From assembly GCA_965226495.1 (NCBI GenBank), contig OZ245365.1, positions 3,264,001-3,328,000 on the forward strand: a stretch of DNA of 64,000 nucleotides, given 5' to 3'. Positions 36,590-47,157 of the stretch are shown here, in pieces. Position 1 is the first letter of the stretch; each line of letters begins with the position of its first letter. The translations under genes were made by a program, and so were the position numbers. This DNA comes from Candidatus Marinacidobacterales bacterium. Its GTDB lineage: Bacteria; Acidobacteriota; Vicinamibacteria; Marinacidobacterales; DATDRI01. The notes beneath the pieces were generated by a model, which was given only the letters and a program-made list of their open reading frames with translations, was not told the origin of the DNA and made no database searches.

Positions 36590-39022
36590 ATGACAACCCA
36601 AGAGCAGAAAACGACGACCCCAGAGGGAATCCATGAGTCGGTTCCTATCCTCCCCTTGCGAGACACATCGATATTTCCACACTCCATCCTTCCCCTTGCC
36701 GTAGGTCGAGAAAGCACAGTGCAGTTACTCGAGGAGAACTCGGACACCGCGGAGTTCATTGGCGTGGTAACCCAGCGTGATGCCACCGTCGAAACTCCGA
36801 ACGGCTCCGACCTCTACGAAGTGGGCACGGGGGTCAAGATTCACAAATCGGTTCGAATGCCCGATCGGTCGGTTCGGTTGGTTGTTCAGGGCTTGTTCCG
36901 ATTCCGGGTGCTTCGCGTAGTCCAGACCGCTCCGTACGTCCGCGCCGACATCGAGGTCGTCTCGGATTTCGCCTCCCCCGAAGAAGAGCTCGAGATCGAT
37001 GCTCTGACCCGCAACCTACAGTCGGTCTTCTCCAAAGTCGTCGAGCTTTCACCCAATCTGTCGGACGAGGTCAGCTCGCTGAGCTCCGCCACCCAAGGGG
37101 GCAGCCGCCTGGCAGACTTCATCGCGCAGAACCTCCCCAATCTAGATACGCCGGCCCGCCAGACCGTGCTCGAGGCCGTGGATGTTAAGAAACGGTTGAC
37201 ACTCGTGCACCAGGCCTTGTTGCGGGAGCAGGAAGTGCTCGAGTTGGGGAACAAGATCGAATCGCAGGTCAAGGACGAGGTGGGAAAGACCCAACGCGAG
37301 TATTACCTGCGGGAGCAGCTCAAGGCCATTCAAAAGGAGCTGGGCGAGAACGACGAGAACACAAAAGAGATCGAGGAGCTCCGCCAGAAAATAGAAGACG
37401 CGGGGATGCCGGAAGAGGCCAAGAAAGAGGCCCTGCGGGAAGTCAACCGCCTGGCCAAGATTCCGCCAGCCTCTGCCGAGTACACGGTGGGACGCACCTA
37501 TCTCGATTGGGTCGTCCGCGTGCCTTGGTCCAAGCGCACCGAGGACGTCTACGATATTCCAAAGGCCAAAGAGATCCTAGAGGCGGACCACTACGACCTG
37601 GAGAAGGTCAAGGACCGGATCTTGGAGTTCCTGGCGGTTCGAAAGATGAAGCCGGACATCAAAGGCCCCATCCTGTGCTTCGTGGGCCCCCCGGGCGTCG
37701 GCAAGACGAGCCTCGGCAAGTCGATCGCCAAATCCCTAGGCAGGAAGTTCTCTCGCATCAGCCTGGGCGGGATTCGCGACGAGGCGGAGATCCGAGGTCA
37801 CCGGAGAACCTATATCGGGGCACTGCCGGGTCAGATCATCCAAAGCATTTGCCGCGCTGAGTCCAGAAACCCGGTGTTCATTTTGGACGAGATCGACAAA
37901 CTGGGAATGGACTTCCGTGGCGATCCGAGCTCCGCCCTGCTGGAAGTACTCGATCCCGAGCAGAACAACTCTTTCCGGGATCACTACGTGGACCTGCCGT
38001 TCGATCTGTCTGAGGTACTCTTCATCGCCACCGCCAACATCATGGATCCCGTTCCGCCGGCCCTCAAGGACCGCCTGGAAGTCATCCATCTGGCCGGTTA
38101 CACCGAGGAAGAGAAGATCCAGATCGCGGAAAGGCATCTCATCCCACGCCAGCTCGAAAATCACGGGCTGAAACCGGACGTCGCCCCCCGATTCACCCGT
38201 GAGGCCCTGGCGGAAATTATCCGCCACTACACGAAAGAAGCCGGTCTCCGAAACGTGGAGCGCGCTATTGCCTCGATTTGCCGCAAGGCGATAAGGAAGT
38301 GGGCGGAGGGTGCTACGGAACCGGTCACCGTAACCCCAGACTCCCTTCAGGAATTCCTGGGTGCACCGACCTTTCTTTCTCGCGAAATTTCCGAGAGAGT
38401 CAAGGTGCCCGGAGTCGCAATCGGAATGGCTTGGACTCCGGTCGGCGGAGATATCCTGTTCGTCGAGGCCTCCAAGCTGAAGGGTGGCAAGAACCTCCAA
38501 CTGACTGGCCAACTGGGCGACGTCATGAAAGAGTCGGCGCGCGCCGCGCTCACGTGGGTCAGGGCTCACGGTCTGGAGTTCGGTCTAGAGGGTGATTTCT
38601 ACCGTCGACTCGACCTCCACCTTCACGTCCCTGAAGGCTCGATCCCAAAGGATGGCCCTTCGGCGGGTGTAACCATGGTCACCGCCTTGGTGTCCGTGCT
38701 GACGGGAACTCCGGTGCGCGCCGACATCGCCATGACTGGAGAAATCACGCTCACCGGACACGTCCTACCGGTAGGCGGCCTGAAAGAGAAGCTGCTTGCC
38801 GCACACCGCTACGGGATCAAGAAAGTAATCATTCCCAAGCTGAACGAAAAAGCAGTGCTAGAGGATCTTAGTGAAGAGATTCGCGAGGAGCTCGAGATCC
38901 ATTTGGTCTCGAACCTGGAAGAAGTTTTGAATATCGTCTTCCCTTCCCTGGCTCCGGGCCTGCTACCGCCAGGCCCGCTGCCGGAAGGGACCGACCCTTC
39001 GCATCAAATCCCCTTGCAGTGA
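36590..39022 (+). CDS. lon: ATP-dependent Lon protease
   Basis: LON N-domain, [29 protein letters not shown] and GGLKEK. Confidence 0.97.
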   Translation: MTTQEQKTTTPEGIHESVPILPLRDTSIFPHSILPLAVGRESTVQLLEENSDTAEFIGVVTQRDATVETPNGSDLYEVGTGVKIHKSVRMPDRSVRLVVQGLFRFRVLRVVQTAPYVRADIEVVSDFASPEEELEIDALTRNLQSVFSKVVELSPNLSDEVSSLSSATQGGSRLADFIAQNLPNLDTPARQTVLEAVDVKKRLTLVHQALLREQEVLELGNKIESQVKDEVGKTQREYYLREQLKAIQKELGENDENTKEIEELRQKIEDAGMPEEAKKEALREVNRLAKIPPASAEYTVGRTYLDWVVRVPWSKRTEDVYDIPKAKEILEADHYDLEKVKDRILEFLAVRKMKPDIKGPILCFVGPPGVGKTSLGKSIAKSLGRKFSRISLGGIRDEAEIRGHRRTYIGALPGQIIQSICRAESRNPVFILDEIDKLGMDFRGDPSSALLEVLDPEQNNSFRDHYVDLPFDLSEVLFIATANIMDPVPPALKDRLEVIHLAGYTEEEKIQIAERHLIPRQLENHGLKPDVAPRFTREALAEIIRHYTKEAGLRNVERAIASICRKAIRKWAEGATEPVTVTPDSLQEFLGAPTFLSREISERVKVPGVAIGMAWTPVGGDILFVEASKLKGGKNLQLTGQLGDVMKESARAALTWVRAHGLEFGLEGDFYRRLDLHLHVPEGSIPKDGPSAGVTMVTALVSVLTGTPVRADIAMTGEITLTGHVLPVGGLKEKLLAAHRYGIKKVIIPKLNEKAVLEDLSEEIREELEIHLVSNLEEVLNIVFPSLAPGLLPPGPLPEGTDPSHQIPLQ

Positions 39023-39037
39023 TCGGATTGTTCGGCT

Positions 39038-40069
39038 GTGGATTACAAGGATTACTACCAGACGCTGGGCGTCTCGAAGGGTACCAGCCAAAAGGATATC
39101 AAGCAGGCGTATCGGCGCCAGGCCCGCAAACACCATCCCGACGTGAACCCCGGTGATCGCGGAGCCGAAGTCCGCTTCAAGGAGATCAACGAGGCCTACG
39201 CTGTCCTTTCCGACTCCGAAAAACGACAGAAATACGATCAGCTCGGCGCCAATTGGCAGCAGTACGAGCGGGTCGCACAGCAAGATGGAGGCGGTTTTCC
39301 ACCGGGATTTGAAGGATTCCACGTCGAGTTCGAAGGGCAGCCTGGTGCGGAGCGGCCGGGAGGTTTCTCCGACTTCTTCAAGATTTTCTTCGGGGAGGGC
39401 TTCGACGCCGACTCGATCCGTGGAGGGACCGGGCCCGAATCGGGGCGACGCCGTGGGCGAAGAGGTGCCCGCCGCGGACCTCGAGCGGGCGGTTTCGGTT
39501 TCGATGCTCCCGCGTCCAAAGGGCGTGACGTTTCCGCCCCACTAGAGATAACGCTGGAAGATGCGTTTCGTGGCAGCCAAAGGCGACTCGCTCTGCAGAA
39601 CAATTCAGGCTCGCCCCAGCAACAGATCGAGGTCAAGATCCCGCCAGGAGTAAAGGACGGCTCTCGAGTACGCGTGGCCGGCAAGGGTGAGCCCGGGGTC
39701 GGCGGTGCTCCTTCCGGCGATCTCTACCTCGACGTCAAGCTTCTCCCACATTCGCTCTATCGTCGTGAGGGCGACGATCTCTACGTCGACGTCCCGGTAA
39801 CGGTAACCGAGGCGGCGCTCGGTGCCGAAGTCGAGGTCCCCACTTTTTCCGGCAAGACGCGCATCAAGGTCCCCGCTGGCTCTCAAAGCGGGAGGCTCTT
39901 ACGGCTCCGTGAAAAAGGCATGCCGCAGCTCAAGAAGGACGGCCACGGCGATCTCTTTGCGAGAGTGAAAGTGGTCACGCCTACGGAACTTTCCGAAAAG
40001 GAACGCGAGCTCCTCGAAGAGCTCAATAGTCTGCGCAGCGAAGACCTCCGAGCCCACTTCGGTAACTGA
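39038..40069 (+). CDS. Class II DnaJ/CbpA-type co-chaperone
   Basis: DYYQTLGV, HPD, G/F region and DnaJ C-domain. No Zn finger. Confidence 0.93.
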   Translation: MDYKDYYQTLGVSKGTSQKDIKQAYRRQARKHHPDVNPGDRGAEVRFKEINEAYAVLSDSEKRQKYDQLGANWQQYERVAQQDGGGFPPGFEGFHVEFEGQPGAERPGGFSDFFKIFFGEGFDADSIRGGTGPESGRRRGRRGARRGPRAGGFGFDAPASKGRDVSAPLEITLEDAFRGSQRRLALQNNSGSPQQQIEVKIPPGVKDGSRVRVAGKGEPGVGGAPSGDLYLDVKLLPHSLYRREGDDLYVDVPVTVTEAALGAEVEVPTFSGKTRIKVPAGSQSGRLLRLREKGMPQLKKDGHGDLFARVKVVTPTELSEKERELLEELNSLRSEDLRAHFGN

Positions 40070-40078
40070 CCTAACCGT

Positions 40079-40517
40079 CTAGTCTGACCCTCCCACCGTC
40101 ACCGTGACCTTCGCGGCATAGCTTGCAGCGTCGATGCGTTTTCCCGATTCGGTCTGCGGATCGAGCTCGGTGATTGCGATGGACACCTCCTCGAATTCCT
40201 GGACATCGCTGCCACCCGGCGGAACGCTGAACGTTAGATCGGTAGTACCGCCGTCTCGGGAAGCCTGAAAGATCACAATCGCCTCGCCGGCGACGATGCA
40301 ATTCGCGTCCTTCGGGCAGCGAGAGTCCCGAGTGACGGCAGAGAAAGTGATGGAGATGTCTACCTCTTCAAGACTGACCGATTCACCGACCGCGATCGAA
40401 AAAGACTCCCCTGCCGAATGCTCCGTTAGTGTGGTGCTCGCCGTCGGCGCACAGTCGGTGCCTGCCACCAGGACCCCGAGCTGGCTGACCAACGCCAAAG
40501 CGAACAACGTCTTCATT
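40079..40517 (-). CDS. Small secreted hypothetical protein
   Basis: Signal-like MKTLFALALV and a DSRCPKDANCIVAG motif. The ORF track extends it to 40579. Confidence 0.6.
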
Positions 40518-40550
40518 GTGGCCGACGGCGCTCCTTCCTTATCTTGGCCT

Positions 40551-43500
40551 TTATTGCGGCACGCAGATGACAATGTCATCCAATCCGGCCTCCACTAGAT
40601 CACCGGGGCCGGCACCATCCGAAACTTGTACGCGGAGGACCAGATCGCCGGGGTTGGCGACGGTCGTCGCCACCTGGGTCCACTCGGCGTTCAACGTCAC
40701 ATCCCCGATCGACACCAGGTTCGTTGTGAAGGTCGAGCCCCCATCGGTCGACACGTCGATGCTGAAGAAATCCCCCGCCGCGTCGTCCCCCTGATCTCGT
40801 TGGCCAAAGTAGTACCACAACGTGATTTGGACGTCGGAGTGCGCGTTCGCATCGATGGAGGTTGACAAAGCGGTACAGACGCCACCGTCGACGTCGTCGG
40901 TTCCCGCTCCACCGGCGTTCGGCTGGGTGAAGAACGCGTTGACACCAGTGGCCGAGTGATCGTCCTCCAGCTGCGTTGTGACGCCACTGTTCACGACTTG
41001 GTCGGGATTGCCGACCATCCAATCCCCTGTGGAACAGGTGCTGTCCGGTACGCTGTGGAACCAACCGCTGGGCCCCGCCTCGAAGTCCGTGGCAAGAAGG
41101 ATCTCGCCGCACACCGGAGGCAGTTCCTCGAAGATCCGCACATTCCGGAACGTCCCGTTGTTGTTCTGCGTTCCGGCGTCTTTGTCGTTCACCAGCACCA
41201 AAAACATGCCGCTGCCAGTATAGAACTCACCCACCTTGATCCGAAAGCTCACGAAGTTGCCTAGGTCGCTACTGGTGTACTGTTGCGCGTTTTGGAACGC
41301 ACCGCTCCAGTTCTGCGTGCCGAAGATCTCGAAGATCCGCGTGTTGTTGTTCAAGGTGTCGTCTTCGTCGAAACCAATACCATGGATCTCTCCCTTGGAG
41401 GTGCTCATGAACTCGAACTCGATGACCGTGGACGGTGTGACGTTGACCGTCTGCGTGGTGCGGCGCCAGCGGTTGCCTTCCAAGAAGAGACTCGCACCGG
41501 CCTCCTGCGGCTCAACCGTTCCGGTGCGGTCCTGGTTGGAGTACGAGACGGTCTGCGTGTTCTCCCAGTCGATGCAATCGTTGCATCCCCCCGTATCGGG
41601 ATTGATAGTGACCACTATCGAATCCGACCCGGAGAGGCCGCCATTGTCGGTGACGGCTGCGGTGATCGTGTGCGTGCCCAGCGACAATCCGGTTGTCGAG
41701 AACGAGCCACCCGAGCCGATCGCGTCGTCTAGGCTGGAGTTCCACGTCAGGTTCATCGTCACAACTCCGTCCTCGGTGTCGCTTGCACTGCCGACAAACA
41801 CGACAGAGGCTCCCGACATGAAACTCGAGTTGTCCGGCGGACTGCTGATCGTAACGCTCGGTGGCGTATTCGCCGCTCCGACGACCCGCACGCACGCGAA
41901 GCGACCGAGGTTCGTCGCCGAGCCTGCATCCTTGTCGTTCACGAAGACCAACCGCATGGAACTCCCGGTGTAGAACTGCCCCACCCGAATACTGAAGGTC
42001 TCGAACTCATCAGAGCCGGAGTAACGCGGCGAGAACTGGTTGGCGCCGGTCCAGTTTTGTGTGCCCCAGAACTGGAAGATGCGCACGTCGTTGCTGAGCT
42101 CCTGGTTCTCATCGAACCCGACGCCGTGGATTTCCCCCTCCGCGGCGCTCTGAAACTGGAACTCGATAACGGTGTCGGTGGTCACCTCGAAGCTGTCGGT
42201 CGACCGGCGCCAACGGTTGCCTTCTATGAGCAAGGTATCGCCGTCATTCTCGATGCTCAGCTCCCCGGTTCCGTCTTGATTGGAATATGCCTCGAGCGTG
42301 AATGCATTGAAGTCGATGCTACCGACCGGGCAGGTCGGCGGGTCGGGTGGGGTTAGGCAAGACGCAGGGAGGTTGAAGCCGTTGGTGGGGCTGGTACTGT
42401 TCGAGCCCCCGCTCACCGCGTCGGTGCCGAGTCCGTAGGCGGCGAAGACTTCCCAAAGTGCACAAACATCCTCCCCGGAAAAATTGTCGACTGCCACCTG
42501 GATGACGCCGTCGCGCGCGTCGACGAAGGTCGGCGAGCAAGCGGTGTTCTTCAAACCTTCGTTCACGTAAAGGAGCGCACGATGATTACCCGCTCCCGCG
42601 GTAGAGTCGTAGAGATCCGGGTCGAAGCCATGGTCGTCGACCAGCCGCCAATACATCTCCCAAAGAACTTGAGCCCATACGGAGCCCACGCCGTGAGGAA
42701 TGGATAGGCCGTTGATGCTCTCATAGGTGTAACTGTTGACCAGTGGATCGGTGCTATACCGCTGGGGGCGTATGCCTGGTCCATCGGCGGCCTGGCCGAA
42801 GAGATAAGTTCCAATGCCGCGCGCATCCAGTCCCGCATCCCCGACTTCCGCGGTGTAGACCAATGCGAACCAGTCGCTCCAACCTTCTCCACCCTGTTGG
42901 TTATTGTTGAGACAACTCGAGTTGCCAGGTCCCCCTACTTGGCGCACCGAGATGCCATGTCCGTACTCGTGCACGATAACGCCGTTGTCGAAGTCACCGT
43001 CTCTCGCAGGGCTTACGTTGTCACACAGGAACATCTGCATCCGTGGCCGCCCGCCATCGGTCGGCGTGGCGAAGTTCGCGTTGCAGGTGCCGCTCCCATC
43101 TTGGGCCTCGGCGCGCACGTCGTCCCCTCCGGCGCCCCCATTGCTGAAATTGTTGACCTGGAAATTGCCGCCTGCTTCATCGAAACCGTACTGATACTGG
43201 ACATCGTGAATGATGTTGTTCCAGTAGAACAGATTGGCGATGGCGGCGCTCCTGTAGTTGCTCGGCTCTTGGCTAAGGTCAACCGGAAAGTCGCAATTCA
43301 GTGACGCCCCGCAACTCGGCTGAGAGCCTGGAGGCGAGTCGTTGGCATCCGAGTCCTCGTAGGCATGGACGTTGTTTCCGCGCATAACGGTGTAGCTTGC
43401 GCTTCCGGTGTCGTGCCAACCGAGGGCTGAGGCCGTAGGGTCCGCCGGATCGGTTGCCAGTATCCTGGCCTCGGCCGGCGGAGACGGAGTTGTGTGCTGA

Positions 43501-44438
43501 GGGCTCTCCACCGGCTGCCGGTAAACGCGGTAGGAATCCGAACTGACCCAATCGAACCGCGTGATCACACGGCCCGCATCGGAAACCGGCCCCCCCGACT
43601 CGGCATCGACGGTGATATCGAATATGTGTTGGCCGTCGAGGGTGTGGATCTGAAATCGCCAGACCAAGTGGAGCCGGCGGCCAACCGGCAGCCACATCAA
43701 TTCCGCTTCGATTCCGGTCAATGAAACATCCGCAGCGACGAGCGAAGTCTTCTGCTGGACACCGACCGGCTGCGAAGCAATGGAGGGCTGGCGGCGCACC
43801 GGAAGGTTGAGATGCGAGGCTGCCGCGGAAACCGCCTGCGCTGCATCGATGGCCGGCGCCGGAGAACTGAGCGGAGCCGCAACGTCGGGTACAAAGCCGT
43901 TTTGGACACCCGAGATGCGACCCTCTCGGTTGAGGTGTACCTGTAGCGTCGCGTTGAAAACGGGCAGCCCCTGGTGCACTTGCCGCAGATAGACGTGGGT
44001 CGCGCCGGTCGCGGCGGAGAAGACTGCGTCCGTCACCTCGAGCTCGGCGAGGTCCGCCGCGTCCAGCCCCAGCAGCGTCGCGCGCGATCGAACAAAGTCC
44101 AAGGCGATATCAGAAGGATCTCCGGGCCGGGGGGCCGTTAGGTATCCGACCGGGTTCGAGAGACTACGTGTGACGCCGGTTACCGGATCCAATCCGTGGA
44201 TCAACGAACCGTCGAGCTCCTGGCGCAGCGCTGTCAGGGCGTCGGTCTGCGCCGAGCGTGGCGTGACCGCGGCAGCCTGTGCCAATGAACGACGATCGTA
44301 ACTGCGCCGGTCCTCCTGGCGTGGTTGTCCCCAAGCCAATTGACTGGCGAAAGGAGAGGAAACAGCAAGTAGAATCGCGAAACGCGAAAGACGACTAAAG
44401 GGGCCTACTGCGCAGAGTTTTCTCCGTATATCCGGCAT
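40551..44438 (-). CDS. Secreted M36 (fungalysin) metallopeptidase with multi-domain C-terminus
   Basis: FTP propeptide (THVYLRQ...GLPVFN), NANFATP.DG..PRMQM, HEYGHG, GEGWSD, HGVGSVW, two repeated beta-domains and an Ig-like domain. Confidence 0.92.
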   Translation of the reverse strand: MPDIRRKLCAVGPFSRLSRFAILLAVSSPFASQLAWGQPRQEDRRSYDRRSLAQAAAVTPRSAQTDALTALRQELDGSLIHGLDPVTGVTRSLSNPVGYLTAPRPGDPSDIALDFVRSRATLLGLDAADLAELEVTDAVFSAATGATHVYLRQVHQGLPVFNATLQVHLNREGRISGVQNGFVPDVAAPLSSPAPAIDAAQAVSAAASHLNLPVRRQPSIASQPVGVQQKTSLVAADVSLTGIEAELMWLPVGRRLHLVWRFQIHTLDGQHIFDITVDAESGGPVSDAGRVITRFDWVSSDSYRVYRQPVESPQHTTPSPPAEARILATDPADPTASALGWHDTGSASYTVMRGNNVHAYEDSDANDSPPGSQPSCGASLNCDFPVDLSQEPSNYRSAAIANLFYWNNIIHDVQYQYGFDEAGGNFQVNNFSNGGAGGDDVRAEAQDGSGTCNANFATPTDGGRPRMQMFLCDNVSPARDGDFDNGVIVHEYGHGISVRQVGGPGNSSCLNNNQQGGEGWSDWFALVYTAEVGDAGLDARGIGTYLFGQAADGPGIRPQRYSTDPLVNSYTYESINGLSIPHGVGSVWAQVLWEMYWRLVDDHGFDPDLYDSTAGAGNHRALLYVNEGLKNTACSPTFVDARDGVIQVAVDNFSGEDVCALWEVFAAYGLGTDAVSGGSNSTSPTNGFNLPASCLTPPDPPTCPVGSIDFNAFTLEAYSNQDGTGELSIENDGDTLLIEGNRWRRSTDSFEVTTDTVIEFQFQSAAEGEIHGVGFDENQELSNDVRIFQFWGTQNWTGANQFSPRYSGSDEFETFSIRVGQFYTGSSMRLVFVNDKDAGSATNLGRFACVRVVGAANTPPSVTISSPPDNSSFMSGASVVFVGSASDTEDGVVTMNLTWNSSLDDAIGSGGSFSTTGLSLGTHTITAAVTDNGGLSGSDSIVVTINPDTGGCNDCIDWENTQTVSYSNQDRTGTVEPQEAGASLFLEGNRWRRTTQTVNVTPSTVIEFEFMSTSKGEIHGIGFDEDDTLNNNTRIFEIFGTQNWSGAFQNAQQYTSSDLGNFVSFRIKVGEFYTGSGMFLVLVNDKDAGTQNNNGTFRNVRIFEELPPVCGEILLATDFEAGPSGWFHSVPDSTCSTGDWMVGNPDQVVNSGVTTQLEDDHSATGVNAFFTQPNAGGAGTDDVDGGVCTALSTSIDANAHSDVQITLWYYFGQRDQGDDAAGDFFSIDVSTDGGSTFTTNLVSIGDVTLNAEWTQVATTVANPGDLVLRVQVSDGAGPGDLVEAGLDDIVICVPQ

Positions 44439-44697
44439 CGATTCGACCCCCGAAAAGAAAACGACATTTCAGCACAAGAGGCGCACCGGCACGGAAACTA
44501 CTTAACCTAATTAGCCTTGTTAACCTGGAGAAGGGGTCCGTTATTCAATGGGAGGCTAGCACGCGCGTTTTGGAGAGTCAAGAACGCGGATGGTTCGGCG
44601 TCCCCTAGCCACTCCTCAGCGTGTCGAATTGAAACTCGTCACCCTGTAGATATGGTTGAGGGCTTTAGCACCACGCGTCTCGAAGTGGAGCGGAGAG

Positions 44698-45069
44698 TCA
44701 CACCGCTTGCTGGCCGATCTGGGTAGCGAGCTGGCAAAACTTCTGGATGTAGGTCCGGAGCTTTTTCTTCCCTTCATCGGAAACATCGAGGAGCAGTAGG
44801 CCCATGCCCATCGGCAACCGCTCTGCCCGCGGCCCGGCCTGGTCGGTGCGCCAAACGACTTCGGCCTCCGCCGTCACCTCACCCAACGTCCATGGCATAT
44901 CCAATATCACACCGAGGGATTCGCCGACCTCGGTAAGTTCCTCGGTTGCCAGAAAAGCTCCGGTCTCGCTGAGATTCGTGACGTAGCCTTCGAGAAGCTT
45001 GCCCCCGAGTTGAAATTTGGCTCGAATGATCAGCGGGCTGACACGACGACTGATTCGTGTTTCATCCAT
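44698..45069 (-). CDS. PilZ domain protein
   Basis: RISRR and NLSETG motifs, AEVVW, GMGL. Confidence 0.8.
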   Translation of the reverse strand: MDETRISRRVSPLIIRAKFQLGGKLLEGYVTNLSETGAFLATEELTEVGESLGVILDMPWTLGEVTAEAEVVWRTDQAGPRAERLPMGMGLLLLDVSDEGKKKLRTYIQKFCQLATQIGQQAV

Positions 45070-45095
45070 TGGGTTACCCTCATCTTCCGTCCGTA

Positions 45096-46808
45096 CTACG
45101 CAGATAGCGTCGACTCGAACTGGCGAAGCTTGCGGTGTAGAAAGACGTTCTCCAAAGCCATCCCTGCTTGCGCCAGGAAGAGCTCGACACCTCTCAGTTT
45201 TCCGAGAGGCTTTCCGGATACTGGGTTGTCACCGTAGAGGATGGTCAAGACCTCCCGGTTGTTGAGCATGGGTAGCAAAGCGATCTCTTGGGCGCGGCCG
45301 CGGTCAATGACCGCGTAGAGAGAATCTTGTAGCCCGTCCACGTCGGGTCCTATCCGCAACGCCTTGCGAGTCAGAACCACTTGTGCCAGGCACTGGACTT
45401 TTTCCACGTCCAGGGCGATTTGCTTAGCCACCTCGTTGTTCACTCTGCCACCTCGAGTGAGCCCGAACCCGGCCACGTCCAGGGCGATTTGCTTAGCCAC
45501 CTCGTTGTTCACTCTGCCACCTCGAGTGAGCCCGAACCCGGCCATGCCGGTGGCTTTGCCTTTTTTTATCATGAACAAGATGCTCCTCTCGAAAAACTTG
45601 GATGCTACGTGGAGCACCATGCGAGATACGTCCAAAGAGCGCTCCGGGTTCGCGAACTGTTCAGTCATGGACGCGAGAAAGTCCAGCAACAGGGAGTCGT
45701 CCTCACGCTCGACGTCGGTAACCTCTTTGTCCGCTGGGCCCGATGGGTTGATCGTCAGATCGGTGAGGTGGCGCATAAGGAGAATCGAGAACGTCTTCAG
45801 ATCGGCTCGGTACTCGTCTTGATCGAGTTTGGAAATCGTCGGCTTGAACGCAACTTTACGAATACCCAGCTCCTTTGCTCTTTCGCGTGCCTTTTCGGGG
45901 AGTCGATCTGTCATCAAGAGAATGGGTAATTCCAATCTGCTGTTTCTCAGTCTCCGCACCAGCTCGAAGCCGCCATAAAAACTCTTGCCGTTTGCGCTCG
46001 GCATGCGGAGATCGGAGGCGAGCACGACCCGCTCGCCGGCAGTCAGAAGTCTACGAACCAACTCCTCTCCCGCGTCAGGACTGGAAGCGATCTCGACGCG
46101 CAAACGCCGCGCCCGAAGCTCCTCACCTACGATGTCTGTCACCTCGGCTTCATCGTCCACCAGGACGATAACCACCTCAGACTGCGTTTGGGAGGGTGGT
46201 TCGGCCGGTTGGGCATCTGGCGTCGGTTCTGCCGAGGAGACGGGCTGAGCCGATTGAGTCGGTTGAGATTTTCGGGCGATCTCCGGCGGCACGGGAACCG
46301 GCTCCGGGGTGGTCTGTGAAGTCGGTCGTTTTTCGGCTGCCGATCGTGGGCCGGTGCCGACGAACGCAACCGCATCGGCACGGTCCTCGTCCATTTCCTT
46401 GGCCGCATCCAACAGCAGGTGCTGTGGGTCGAAGCCGTCGTGAGCCAGAAACGGCGCGACGTCGACGCCGCCCAGCGTGGCGGTGAGATCGTCGGTCAAT
46501 CGAAACAGAAAGGCTCCCTCTCGCATCGTCGTCAGCTCGCGGAACGTGACCTCGACGTGCCGCCGAAGCAAGGCCAGGCGGTCCCCAGTGTGATCTTCGC
46601 CAGTGAGCTGTCGCAAGTAGCTCTGTGTGGACCAGGAATAGGCGCAGAGGACAAGCCCGTTCTTGAAAAGAATCGCGCCACGACCGAGGGGACCTTCGAC
46701 ACTCAGATGGCCCGTCTTCTTGGAAAAGGCGACGATTTGGAGGATATCGGGAAGGGGGAGATCTTCTAGCCTCCCCTTGAGACCCTCGTTCTCCCGGCCT
46801 TGCGTCAC
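45096..46808 (-). CDS. DUF4388 (PatA-N-like) + receiver + GAF-like signalling protein
   Basis: LKGRLEDLPLPDILQ...KKTGHL, LVDDE...SDLRMP...KP receiver, C-terminal LYGDN. Confidence 0.8.
   Translation of the reverse strand: MTQGRENEGLKGRLEDLPLPDILQIVAFSKKTGHLSVEGPLGRGAILFKNGLVLCAYSWSTQSYLRQLTGEDHTGDRLALLRRHVEVTFRELTTMREGAFLFRLTDDLTATLGGVDVAPFLAHDGFDPQHLLLDAAKEMDEDRADAVAFVGTGPRSAAEKRPTSQTTPEPVPVPPEIARKSQPTQSAQPVSSAEPTPDAQPAEPPSQTQSEVVIVLVDDEAEVTDIVGEELRARRLRVEIASSPDAGEELVRRLLTAGERVVLASDLRMPSANGKSFYGGFELVRRLRNSRLELPILLMTDRLPEKARERAKELGIRKVAFKPTISKLDQDEYRADLKTFSILLMRHLTDLTINPSGPADKEVTDVEREDDSLLLDFLASMTEQFANPERSLDVSRMVLHVASKFFERSILFMIKKGKATGMAGFGLTRGGRVNNEVAKQIALDVAGFGLTRGGRVNNEVAKQIALDVEKVQCLAQVVLTRKALRIGPDVDGLQDSLYAVIDRGRAQEIALLPMLNNREVLTILYGDNPVSGKPLGKLRGVELFLAQAGMALENVFLHRKLRQFESTLSA
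45404..45544. repeat. Perfect in-frame 69-bp tandem duplication
   Basis: Two identical copies (45404-45472, 45473-45541) plus CCA overlap. The protein repeats AGFGLTRGGRVNNEVAKQIALDV. Confidence 0.95.
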
Positions 46809-46909
46809 GACGGTCTCGCCTCTTTAACGACCCCCGCGCACAAAGGGCGGCGGGGTCGGCACAGCGCGGACTGAGAAAGGCTGGGAGGGGTCGCCACGCC
46901 GGCGGATCA

Positions 46910-46925
46910 AGCAATGCGTGTGCCA
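46910..46925 (-). promoter_or_regulatory. sigma54 (-24/-12) promoter for the DUF4388-receiver/PilZ genes
   Basis: Minus strand TGGCAC-ACGCA-TTGCT, an exact consensus match, ~100 bp upstream of the start. Confidence 0.75.
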
Positions 46926-47051
46926 GGGGCAGGACGCGCTTGGTTCGCTGATCTACTTGGGCGATAGGCGTTTACGCGAGAGGCCGAGATAGGAAGGTGG
47001 GGGAAACCGGGGGAAGCCGTAGAGTTTTCCCTGCACTCGCGGGATATTCCC

Positions 47052-47152
47052 CCTCGCCTTCGTTCGCCGCACTCAGTCCTTCGCGGGCGAACTACGGCGA
47101 GGCCGCGCCGAAGCCGTCGAGTGCCAAGACTCGAGACGACGGCGTAGGCGGG
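47052..47152. repeat. REP/REPIN-like double-hairpin extragenic element
   Basis: CTCGCCTTCGTTCGCC...GGCGAACTACGGCGAG followed by CGCCGAAGCCGTCG...CGACGGCGTAGGCG, containing CTAC/GTAG. Confidence 0.5.
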
Positions 47153-47157
47153 CCCCG

